The notes beneath the pieces were generated by a model that saw only the letters and a program-made list of their open reading frames with translations, had not been told where the DNA came from and ran no database searches. Position numbers and translations under genes: made by a program. DNA of 59,477 nucleotides, counting the filler, from Dimargaris cristalligena (taxonomy: Eukaryota), in NCBI GenBank assembly GCA_003614675.1. It is 7 parts of 7 records of this genome, joined end to end, with 100 filler letters (N's around TTAATTAATTAA, not from the genome) between each part and the next. Parts side by side here need not be neighbours in the genome. Positions count along the whole stretch, not along the records: positions 17,060 to 25,478 come from ML003331.1; positions 25,579 to 33,992 come from ML003332.1; 5 more parts are not named here. The stretch is one strand, 5' to 3'. Shown here piece after piece: positions 23,401 to 34,092 of this stretch (within the stretch, counting starts at the first letter, position 1; every line of letters starts with the position of its first letter).

Positions 23401-25031
23401 GTGGCCTAAGTTAATATGGGCCTGTTGAATTGAATTCTCCTTTGAAATCAGGGCTTTGGGGGTGAAATTTTGTCCAGGATACCTTATTTTGATGGTATAT
23501 GTATGCACATATGAACCTGCATAAAAGGACATCCCATTAGGGAGAGTAATCTCATAAGTATCAGAATTGAAATTGATACTTACACCTTTCTTTATTACTA
23601 CTTTGACTGAAAAAAGGTTGAAACCAAGCTTAGGGCAGAAATTAACATCAAAGAGAGTGAAAATTACAGGTTTGCCAGTGGAGCTGGTAAGAGTAACCTG
23701 GATGTTGCCTTGACCCAGGATAGGTACCGTGCTGTTGTTGGTAATGGTGATGGAGGTCTTAGAGGGTTTGAATTCCTCAAGGAGTTCCAAGTAAGGGCAG
23801 AAATGGCCACTTGCAACCGAATCAATATACCAAGTCTCGGTAGGATTTTCTTTTTGGGCAGAGGCCTTGAGGGCCAGGCCAGTTTGTTGAGGTTCTTGTT
23901 TACAGTGGGGAGGTACAGGGACCTTGGATTCACTAAATTCCATGGCTAACTTTGCAGTTTGGGCCTTACATTCATTGTTGGAATAGGAATTTGAATGGTG
24001 GTAATCACAGTACTTGCCAGAGGGTTTCCCCTTTTTCCCTTTAACCTTTTTAGGGGCCGCAGGTTTGTTGGAACTGGCTACAAGGGCAGAGGAACCAGAC
24101 ACAAGGGGGGTTTGTTCTTGGCATAAATAGTCTCTGTAAAGACTATCCCTGACATTGGAAAACTTCAGATTGGAGATTTCAGTGGAGTTGAAAATTGCAA
24201 TTTGAGTTGCAAACTGGTCCTACCTCATAGAGTTGATAAGGATTAGGGAGCAGATTGTTTCCTTGCCTAGTTTGAGGCTCTCAGTTTCACCGTAGAGTTA
24301 TCATACATTATTGGCCATCTGGATTAGGGTCTCATCATCCTGCTGTAGGTTGAAAAGTTGTTGGTAGAGCTCTAGGGCATGCAAGGCTAAGGGTTAGTTA
24401 AAAGTACTAGCCAGGGTACTCCACATTGCATTTGCAGATGGGCAGGACCTGATAGTTGGAAGCATATTAGCAGTGACAGAGGCTTGAATCTTGAGTTTGG
24501 CCAAGTGGTCTTACTTATGCCAGAACTTGGTGGAATCAAACTTGACCTTCTCATCTTTAGTAGTAATAATGAGAGTCAAAAATGGGTCTTCAACAACTTT
24601 CCAAAGGTCATCTAAGTCAAGGTGACTTTGCATTTGGATGCTCCAATCGTCATAGTTTGTACCAGTAAAGGTAGGAAGAGGGGGGAGATTCATTGTAAAG
24701 AATTCACCAATTGTTAGATGGATGGATAGTTTTTAATAGGTTTTAAAGGGTTTAAAGGGATTCCACTAGTGGTAGGATATATGAAAATACTAAAAACTAG
24801 ATGAATGGATATAGTTAAAGACTTAAAAGTATCTCTAGATAGATAAAAGGGACAAATAGAGTTGATGGATAAAAATAAAGTAAAGTAAAGTAAAGTAAAA
24901 GTTTACACTAGCTATAAAGGCATAAATATGCAATCAATTGGGACTAATGCACTATTCTACAGGGATATGCAAGCAGTTGATGCGCACATGCATGACTTTT
25001 TCAAAGATAAAAGGATAAAAGTGCATAAGCA

Positions 25032-25043
25032 GGGCTCATAACC
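25032..25043 (-). promoter_or_regulatory. Primer-binding site GGTTATGAGCCC (internal tRNA-iMet type used by copia elements)
   Basis: Immediately follows the ...CCAACA end of the 5' LTR on the minus strand. Confidence 0.85.
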
Positions 25044-25252
25044 TGTTGGAATACTAAGGACTTAAAGGAAATAAAACTGGAGGTAAGGGAAGAAAGCAGC
25101 TGTAGGACAATAGGTACCTCTAGGTGGTTAGTTTTATTGAACTGTAATTTCTGTGAGGTAAAATATAAGTGGCTAACATGAATGGTCTCATAATAGCAGA
25201 ATAAACTAATGTAATTGGGTAAATATAGGATAGAATAAAGAACACATAGGAA
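25044..25252 (-). repeat. 5' LTR of the copia element, outer ~12 bp replaced by another sequence
   Basis: Aligns to 20223-20428 up to ATAGGAA, then switches to unrelated sequence beginning TGTCGC at 25254. Confidence 0.85.
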
Positions 25253-25253
25253 C

Positions 25254-25478
25254 TGTCGCCCCTCCTAATCTGTCCTAATCCAACTGACATGACCGCCGTC
25301 ATATCAGGCCGTATAGCGCCATAGTGTACCCCCCGGCCCTAACCAGACCGAACATCATTGATAGCCCCTTAACCGGCCAGGCCCCCAGAGTTCGCACTGA
25401 TCACTCGTAGGTGATCCTAGTGTCTTCCAATTCCCATGGAAGCCCTGCTCAACTGAGGGCCAGCCGGTTCCACCTTAT
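25254..25478 (+). mobile_element. Probable second LTR/repeat inserted into the copia 5' LTR; diverged relative at ~50221-50450
   Basis: Starts TG. Shares CTAATC-N4-CTAATC, TATAGCGCCATA/TATAGTACCATA and TTCGCACTGATCACTC/TTCACACTAATCACTC with 50221-50390. Confidence 0.4.
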
Positions 25479-27526
25479 NNNNNNNNNNNNNNNNNNNNNN
25501 NNNNNNNNNNNNNNNNNNNNNNTTAATTAATTAANNNNNNNNNNNNNNNNNNNNNNNNNNNNNNNNNNNNNNNNNNNNAAGTGGTCCTTGGACGTCTCAA
25601 AGATGCGTGCTTCGTTGTAAAAGTCCGCGCCCGGTTATTTGGTGATAGCTGACGGTGAAGCCGGCATAAGGTCTCACAAGGTGGGGGGTGGGCAGTCGGC
25701 GTAGATATGGGAGAGGCTCATCTAGGCCGTATAACGAAAAAGTCGATGGGTGAGGCCATCACTACCACTGGTTAAAAATGGCTATCCTGCCAAATTTCCC
25801 TTACATCAATCATTCAAAATCCTGTATATTGACCTCAATATTATTGACGCCACTTGACCAGACTGTGATAGACGCTTAACTGACTAAGATATATCCCCAA
25901 GTCTTTCCGGAAGATGAAATACCCGGTAGTTGGCTACGAATACTCTGTGTCAATGAGTGGATATTGCGAGAGGCACCCAATTAGCGCCCATATACTGCAG
26001 TACCCACCACTCCTGCATAAACATATTATGTCCTGGTAAGATAGGCGTTGTTATCATTGGAAAATATTTACATGCGCAATTTACGAAGCAGGAGAAAATA
26101 CGACTACCAATGGATTGCATCTTAACTGCGTTTTGTTCACTATATTATATGTAAATGTAATATAATGAATACCTCAGAATATTGAGTACAGCACCGGATA
26201 TTGTCTTGACACCGCACTTCTTCGATAGGGGGGAATTGATAGAGGATAACACACGGGTACTTCAGACACACCTACTAACTAGTTAAGAGTATACGGACCT
26301 ATTTAAAGTAAATTAGAGGAATATAAGCCAAGGAACCCATTGGTCCCAACAATCTGAAGGAATAGATTTATAGTAGGACAGCACAGTAGGGTTGCCCATG
26401 ATCTCGTAATGGCAGCTTTTGCCAATCGCCACTGGGGTCAGGAAAAGTCTTCAAAGCAATGGTTGAGCAAAGGTGGGGTTCAGTAGTGCTGACCAGGGGA
26501 TGTGATAGGTCACCATGGTACCAAATAATACCTTTGGAAAGGCAACCCGCCATAATAAGGCCCTATATAGGTAACCAGCAAGGATATCCCTTAATCTTAT
26601 TACATCGGATTATCTTGCATGCCATTTACCTATTCGATAATGCTATCTTTATTTTGTATTTACGTAATTAAAATCCCTATTTGAAAAATTTACTGGCATT
26701 GATTCATTATTACCGATTAGCAGCTTTTATTATACATTCATGTTTCTTTTAAATGGTCTCCCCCCCTACTTTGATTGTACTCAATCAAGTATTTAGCCAT
26801 ACCCGTCTACCCCACCGTTGTATACGGCAGTTTTCCAAGGCTAATATGGCGAGTGGTAGCAAATATAAGAGGAATGGTTAGTTCAATCTCCTGCCTAGAT
26901 TAGGTAACGCGAAACCCTCGACACGTCTTTATGAGTGGTTCGTTGCTAAAACGACTAGGAACAATTATTCACATAATAGGTTAACATCTGCTGAGTCCAG
27001 GACTGCTTTCTTATCCTTACACAGGCATCGTCTCAACTGGAATATAAAGGGTATGCACTTGGATAACCCTGCACACCACTGCGCTCTCAATATTACCCTT
27101 CCAGTAATGGTACAACGTTAGGGTTCAGGGTGTATGAATTTATGAATCAGTAGGACAGAGTCTGGGTACTTTCAGTAACAGTAAAAGTGAGTCTATGCCC
27201 AAATACATGAATGAGTGGTGAATAAAAATAAAACTGATCAAGGGGCCATAAAAATAAGGAGTGGTTCAGAAGCCCACCTAATATGAATGGTAAAGTGACG
27301 TAAATTTTGTAAAAAAAATAGATGTGTATTTTAAAGGTTGTGGATGATAACTACAAATGATTCGACGGGGAGAGTTTTCAACAATTGAGGGGCGGTCACA
27401 TCATCACACCTCTGGCTCTTAAATGGGGATAAAGAGCCTCATAGCCGAATATTAATTTTATAGCGTATAAAAATAAAATAAAAAAGGTGCGTGTATCCTT
27501 GACCCTCTCCTCCGTCCACCCGAATT

Positions 27527-30500
27527 TTAAACATCGCCAACCTTCAGGGTCAAGCGAATGTTCATTGAAGCCAACTCAGCGGCCAAATACCGGAAAACGA
27601 AAGGCATGGAGATGACCGTAATTCCCTTGGCGGTTTGACAGGTCTGGCACTTCACGGAGAGTTTAACCGAGGGACGGGGCCGGAACGCCCCTAGGGCATT
27701 TTCGCCCTTGCTGGCCGAAGAGCCGCCGCCACCGCTACCGCGGCTGCCGGAGGTCATGTCCGGGACGTGGACGGGTGAAATAACGGAGCCGCACAATTTA
27801 CAGACCTGGGCCATGGTATAATCGGAACAGTTGAGGAGGCGGTCCTGGAGCAAGTAGGACACGCCGTGGGCGATGAGGGCATCCCGTTCCATTTCACCGA
27901 AACGGATACCACCGGCGCGTTTACGGCCCTTGACGGGCTGGTGCGTCAAAGGGTTAATGGGCCCGGTGGACCGGACCTGGAACTTATCGTTTACCATGTG
28001 ACGCAGGCGCTGGTAGTAGACGACCCCAAAGTAGATGTCGGCCTGGAATTCCTCGCCCGTGATACCGCTGTACATGGGTTCGTTGCCGTGGTAATTGTAG
28101 CCAGCCTGGACCAGTTGTTCGCCGAAGTGGTCGGCCGCGGTATGATGTTCCGAGAATTGGAAGGGGGTGGAGTCCTGGGTACACCCGTTCATCGCACCCG
28201 CCTTGGCCGCGATGGACTCGACGAACATCCCGATGGTCATTCGGGACGGGAAAGCGTGGGGGTTAATGATGATATCGGGTTGAATCCCCGATTCCGAGAA
28301 GGGCATGTCGATGGCGGGCCACTTTTGCGAGCACACCCCCTTTTGTCCGTGCCGAGAGGAGAACTTGTCACCAATCACGGGCGGACGGGGAATACGCAGC
28401 ACGATGGCCACTTTCTGCAGAGCCACCGTACCCGAATCCGCGCCCAACAGCCGCACCGAATCAACCACGGCCTCTTCGGGGCCCTTGTAGGTTTTCACTA
28501 TATTGCGGTTGGTCGTTTCGTTAATGAAGGCGTACAACGGCGCCCCGGCGGGCAGGCGGGCCCCAATGTGGGGAAGACCATCGATATCCAGATACTTGGT
28601 GACCTCGGGCCGGTTTAGGTTGAGGGGATCTAGGCCGAATCGGGACATGATAGTGCTGTTCCGGGAACCTTCCGACAGGTCAATCAGTTCCGTTTTATAG
28701 ACGGTGCCGTACTTGAATCCGCGCTCGTGGGCCGACTTATTCAGAATCATAGCATCTTCCATGTCGTAACCGGTGTAACTGATGACGGCCACGCAGGCAT
28801 TGGTGCCGTTGGGGAACTCGTCGAATCCGTAATCAGCATGGAGCTTGGCGCGGACAATCGGGCTCTGGCCCGACTGAATACGGTACAGCTTGTTATCCGC
28901 CCGGTAGGCCAGGGCCTGGGCCGGGGTACCCATGGTTTGTTTACCCATCTGGCACTGGTACATGTTACGGGGGCTCTGGTTGAAGTCCGAGAAGGGGGTC
29001 ATGTTGGCCAGAATACTGAGGATGTGGGTGGGCGAGAATTCCATGTGAGTGGTGACGTGGGGGACCACATCTTCGCTCATACAGGCAATGTCGAGATACA
29101 CTTGTTCCATGGTACCGATCAGGTCGGTGGCATCGCCCTCGGGGGCACATAGGTACTTGACGGGGCGGATCATACGGGAGGATCCGGTGAACAGGTACAG
29201 ACCGGGGTACTGCCCACCCCGGGAGAGGGGCACGTAGGCGATTTCCATGTCGAGGGGCAGACCGGGGTGGGCGCCCGTTACCTTGAAGTGGCGCAGGTTG
29301 CGGGCGATTTCGGCGGCCATCTGGGAGGTACAGTAACCGACGACGCGACCGTCCAGCTGCACGGTGACGTTGGCGGGGTTGGCCACACTGCGATGGAAGA
29401 TCTGGGACATGCCGAGGGAGACCAACAGGCGGGGAATTTCGGAGGTGTCGGGGCGGCCGACGGTAATCCGGCAGGTGTGGGACAAATGGGTCAACAGACC
29501 GCAAGGGGTACCGTCAGGGGTGTGGACGGGGCACATGAAACCCCAGGACTCGGGCAAAAGCTTACGTACGGAGGTGGTTTTCATGGTGGCGAAGAAAGCA
29601 CCACGATGCACGCAGCGGAAGTGGGAGATGTACCGCAGGAAGTTGAGCTTTTCGGCAATGATGGTGAAGCCGGCGGTTTGGTTCAGATCGAGGCCACTCT
29701 GGGAAACCAGGTTACCGGTAGCTAAAAAGTTGCTAATCCGTCGGCCAATATCGGGGCTCAGTTTGGACCAGATGCGGGCAATGGACTTGTGGTTGGTAAT
29801 ATTCACGGATTCTCCCCGCCGGTGACTCATTTCGGCATACTCCACGAAGCCGGATAAAATGTCGTCCAGGCGTTCCTTGATCATGGCCAAGTACAAATGA
29901 CCAGGGAGTAGAATCTCGTGGTTGTTGGCGGAATCGCCATTGTCGGCGGCGTACTCGCCGGACACGATGCCATAGATCTTCTGGACCATGGCCACCAGCA
30001 GGTTGAACTTGTCCCGGTTGTCCTTGAGGTGGACGGCAATGACCTGCCGGATTAGTTCCTCACCGACCTGGGCATCGGTGTAATGGCGTGGGAGATTCAG
30101 CACCACGCGAAAATGGGCGCCGAGGTACTGCAGGTATTGCAGACGGGTGCGGAGACCCAGGCGCTTCGACGAGCGCAGCAGCAGTTCCACGCGATCGGTC
30201 AAAAAGGTGTTGTCGAAATCACCCTGGACAATGGCCAAGAACAGCTCCTTGTCGCTCACCTCGACGAGGGCGCGCATGACCAGCATGAGGGGAAGCAAGT
30301 ACTCCCGCTTACGGAAGTACAGACGCAGAGTCAGATCGCCGTCGGTCAGGTAGTGCACGGTGATGGTGGACGAGGTAGTGTCGGGACGCAAGCAGCGGAT
30401 GGTGACACCGTAGGCACTGTAGGTGGGACCACGCTTATTGAATGACGGACGGTAGATGGCGGTAATGTAGTTACTGCGCGGCACAATCAAAAAACGGATG

Positions 30501-31096
30501 ATTTTCTCGTTACCGTTCATGATGAAGTAGCCGCCGGCTTCCTCGGATTCTTCGCGGTGCTTGGTCAACTGGGCGGGGCCCATGTTTTGCAAATTACAGC
30601 GGTTACTCCGGACCATCACGGGGAGTGAACCCAGACCACGCACGTCGGAATTGACGGGGCCGTCGTTCACGCGCCAACAGAATTTGACATTTAATTGGCC
30701 GCGGTAGGTGACCTTGCGCTCCCGGGCCTCGGCGGGGAAACTGAGTTCGCTGGGCCGGGTCACCTGGCTGGACGGCGCAATGAAGTTGCGGGGGCGGTCC
30801 AGGGTCACTTGCTCAAACCAAATACTCAAGCGGTTACCGGGCTGGGAGCCGCCGCCAAGGGTCTGGCTGTCGGGGGGGAGGTCATAGACCACCCGCTCGG
30901 GCAGGTCGTTCAGGGCCAGATCGATCAGGGCCGGGCTGTCCCGGGAGCCTTCGAAAATGGCATTGAAGGACTCGAGGTGGGGGGCCACCGCGGCCTGGAG
31001 GGCCGGATAGGCGGCCTGCCTACCGGGGTTGATTGCCTCTTGGTTCCATTTGAGGGTCTGGAAGGTCGAGGCGTCGGTCGTGTTGGGAGCAATCAT
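27527..31096 (-). CDS. RPA135: DNA-directed RNA polymerase I second-largest subunit (Rpa135/Rpa2), intronless, 1189 aa
   Basis: GGYFIMNGNEK, LLPESWGFMCPVHTPDGTPCGL, SDFNQSPRNMYQCQM, YTGYDMEDAM, GDKFSSRHGQKG, YYQRLRHMVNDKFQVR, GGIRFGEMERD. Pol I-type variants of the motifs. Confidence 0.97.
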   Translation of the reverse strand: MIAPNTTDASTFQTLKWNQEAINPGRQAAYPALQAAVAPHLESFNAIFEGSRDSPALIDLALNDLPERVVYDLPPDSQTLGGGSQPGNRLSIWFEQVTLDRPRNFIAPSSQVTRPSELSFPAEARERKVTYRGQLNVKFCWRVNDGPVNSDVRGLGSLPVMVRSNRCNLQNMGPAQLTKHREESEEAGGYFIMNGNEKIIRFLIVPRSNYITAIYRPSFNKRGPTYSAYGVTIRCLRPDTTSSTITVHYLTDGDLTLRLYFRKREYLLPLMLVMRALVEVSDKELFLAIVQGDFDNTFLTDRVELLLRSSKRLGLRTRLQYLQYLGAHFRVVLNLPRHYTDAQVGEELIRQVIAVHLKDNRDKFNLLVAMVQKIYGIVSGEYAADNGDSANNHEILLPGHLYLAMIKERLDDILSGFVEYAEMSHRRGESVNITNHKSIARIWSKLSPDIGRRISNFLATGNLVSQSGLDLNQTAGFTIIAEKLNFLRYISHFRCVHRGAFFATMKTTSVRKLLPESWGFMCPVHTPDGTPCGLLTHLSHTCRITVGRPDTSEIPRLLVSLGMSQIFHRSVANPANVTVQLDGRVVGYCTSQMAAEIARNLRHFKVTGAHPGLPLDMEIAYVPLSRGGQYPGLYLFTGSSRMIRPVKYLCAPEGDATDLIGTMEQVYLDIACMSEDVVPHVTTHMEFSPTHILSILANMTPFSDFNQSPRNMYQCQMGKQTMGTPAQALAYRADNKLYRIQSGQSPIVRAKLHADYGFDEFPNGTNACVAVISYTGYDMEDAMILNKSAHERGFKYGTVYKTELIDLSEGSRNSTIMSRFGLDPLNLNRPEVTKYLDIDGLPHIGARLPAGAPLYAFINETTNRNIVKTYKGPEEAVVDSVRLLGADSGTVALQKVAIVLRIPRPPVIGDKFSSRHGQKGVCSQKWPAIDMPFSESGIQPDIIINPHAFPSRMTIGMFVESIAAKAGAMNGCTQDSTPFQFSEHHTAADHFGEQLVQAGYNYHGNEPMYSGITGEEFQADIYFGVVYYQRLRHMVNDKFQVRSTGPINPLTHQPVKGRKRAGGIRFGEMERDALIAHGVSYLLQDRLLNCSDYTMAQVCKLCGSVISPVHVPDMTSGSRGSGGGGSSASKGENALGAFRPRPSVKLSVKCQTCQTAKGITVISMPFVFRYLAAELASMNIRLTLKVGDV

Positions 31097-33370
31097 GGTG
31101 GAGGACTACTTTAAGTGAAATAAATAAGAGGCGCGCGCACCAGGGCGAATGGACTGGGCTGGTGAGGAAATATTCTATACTACGCGCGGCAAAGGAGTTT
31201 GAGAAAAAGAAATGCAGAATATACACTACTGCCACCACCATGCAATAGACGGTATGGCATAGAGTAAATAAGTAAGTTGGCAATTGAAAAGGGAAAAGAC
31301 ATCACCTGCTATTACTTCAAGGCCAGCCATATCTTTCACTTCCTGCTTTACCTATAAAATACTACCGCACACCCACACCATGAAAAAAAAAGGCCAAGCG
31401 ATATTCATGTAAAAAAACATGAAGAATGTGACCCAGCAAATCGCAGTCAACTACAATGACAGTGCGACATTGCTCCGTCTACCTTGGCCTACTATGCCTC
31501 ACGTGATCTGGGTCTATAGTATGGAAAGTAGTTTTTAGTATGTGCAGTATTATCACCACCACCCTTTCTCTCCATGTGTAGATATCAGTCAGTCTAGGTA
31601 GTAGAGAGGAAGGGAGGGGCGATTCCCTCTTTCTTAGACCATACCCCCCCTTCTTCGCATATCATATCTATTTATTTATTTTCAATTTGGGCGTCGTCTT
31701 GATACAGCCGAGTAGGGTGCACTGGTCCAGGGAATCGTGCGGGCTGTGCTGCTACGGGCTTTTAGGGTGCTTCAGAACATTACATTACCCTGCTCAATAT
31801 AGCTAAAGGGCAAAGTATAACACCCTTCGAGCCAGCCAAACAGGGACGTCAGCGACCAGCAATAATATATTTATATATTCTTATAAAAAATATCAAGCAT
31901 GCGTGAAATGTGGGTTAGACAACCGTGGCAGTAGAACTCCTTGCTGAGCTGGTTATGGCGTGTTACTATGGGCTTGTTATACAACCGCCGAATTCCTTAT
32001 GTCCCAAACCAAAGCAAAAATTATACCATGGGTGAACTTTTGTACGAGATACTCGGGTATCTATGTATATATATATATATATATACGAAGAAGATTGAAG
32101 CAACATGCTAAATATTCCTGCCGTGATATCTCTCTAATGAAAATCAACATTATAAGTAAGATAAGGTTAATATAGATAGGATTATAAAAAAGGACCACCA
32201 CCTCTTAAAACCACACAGCCACGACGGTGCTCTCCAACCACAAGCTAGGTGATCTCAAGTTAACGCTAATAGCAATGATGGTTTGATGATACTTCACTAA
32301 TTATTGTCTTGATCAATAAATAGTTGTTAGTAAAGTACAATGTATATCACACAATAGGGCGATATAATATTCCCTTGGGGTTCGTTTATACTATGCAGGT
32401 GGAGATGGCACCAGATCAGCACTCCGTATCTCAGGGCTTTTCTAGGGTTACCATTTTAAATAGTAATAATAGTAATAATAATAACCGAATCCCTCTCTTC
32501 ATCCACTACCCGCCTATGTATACACCCCCGCGTCGCTGGACCGGTTTGCCGGGTTATCGGAAGGACAGCTGGATATCTCTCGCCCTTTTACAAGAGAGTG
32601 CCGACTAGCCAGACCCTCCTTTATCTCTAAAATACATATTCCTTTCAATAAAACCATATTGATTACAATGAAAAGCCACGAACGGTCCTTTACAGTTCGG
32701 CAAGCGATAATTCAATCCTTTTCCATAACCTCCTAATGCTGCTCTAGACCTCATACCAACCACACCGTCTTCCCTTGCAGCAGGCCTTCACATTATATTC
32801 GACCACGGCCCGTCAGCCTGCCTCTCGACGGGGATTAAACAGAACTCTCCTTCAGTGTATAAAACTTCACCATTGGCTTCTTTTCCAGCTCCTCTTCCTT
32901 ACCCTGCTGCCGTTTGTTTCCCCTTTCCCCTTATTTAGAGAGAAGGGGGCTTGAATTCCAACCTCCACTTTAGGTCTCTATGCAACCGCGTCTGACCAGG
33001 CCTCACAACACTCCCCAACTCGTCGAGTTGACTACCCACTCTAATGTTCTCCACCTCCGCATTGCCCAACTTCGCCACACTATTTTAGTTTAGTTTATTT
33101 GATTCCATTCTATTCAACTCAACCCATTGCACTTTTATTTGGGTAGCCTGTAACAGCCCCCGAACATAAATCTGGCCCAGGGACGCGCTTATAAGCCCCT
33201 TCGTTCACTATTATTTAAAACCCGCCCATATAGAAGTTCACTCTTCCTCGTCTGTCTTCTCTGCATTTCCCCCATTGGCTCGGTTCGCAAAGTACATTCC
33301 AATTCAAACAAAACTACCCTCCCCTCCCTTCTCGCCCCTCCGTAATTTCCCGCTTTGGGGGAAAATCGCC

Positions 33371-33992
33371 ATGACCATGATGAACGGCACGGAACCAGCG
33401 AAGGGCGGCCAGTCGCCCGCCTCCGAGGTCCTCGTTCCCGTCAATCTGAACATGGTCCCGCTTAAAATCGTGATCGGCAAGCTAATCCAACAGAGCTACA
33501 CCGATCTACACAAGCTCAATGAGGTTCTCGGCACCAAAGGCCATGCCCAAGGCCGGCCGCTGCTAGTCCAATACATCAAGCACACTCGGATGCAGTTCCT
33601 CAAATTGCTCATTCTGCTCAGGTGGTCGGCCCAAACCCCGCAGCTGCAAACCGCCCATAATCTCATTGGCTTCTTCAAGGCCCAGAACGACCATTTTAGC
33701 CGCGCTGTGCATTCGCTACATACCGTGTTTCTAACCCTGGGCCAGGCGAAGGTGCGCAACTACGACGTACTTACTGCCATCGACGTGCTAGGCACCGGCC
33801 AGTACCAGCGTCTGCCCACCACTATCCGGGAACACCACCTCCATCCCGCCCCGCTTAAACCACCAGAAATCGCGTCGATTTTATCCGAACTCGGCGATTT
33901 TATCCTACTTCGGCTGCTCTTTCGGGAGTCGGTCCCACCGGCTATGCGTCGCTACCGCATCGCTAACGGACGCGTCATTTTTTGTATCCGAG
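33371..33992 (+). CDS. MED14: Mediator subunit Med14 (Rgr1), 5' partial
   Basis: VPLKIVIGKLIQQSYTDL, TRMQFLKLLILLRWS, AKVRNYDVLTAIDVLGTGQYQRLP, YRIANGRVIF match the Med14 N-terminal domain. Truncated by the gap. Confidence 0.9.
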
Positions 33993-34092
33993 NNNNNNNN
34001 NNNNNNNNNNNNNNNNNNNNNNNNNNNNNNNNNNNNTTAATTAATTAANNNNNNNNNNNNNNNNNNNNNNNNNNNNNNNNNNNNNNNNNNNN

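Larger units (their letters stand above)
20223..25252 (-). mobile_element. Near full-length, inactivated Ty1/copia LTR retrotransposon
   Basis: gag start 24693 (GTNYDDWSIQMQSHL..DLW), protease WYIDSVASGH, integrase HINLGH..CKTC / HTDVAGP / SDNGSEY / PQQNGITER, RT LYGLKQS and YVDD, RNase H TAEAEYIA and KYIDIKFH. Order gag-PR-IN-RT-RH; many stops and frameshifts. Confidence 0.95.
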
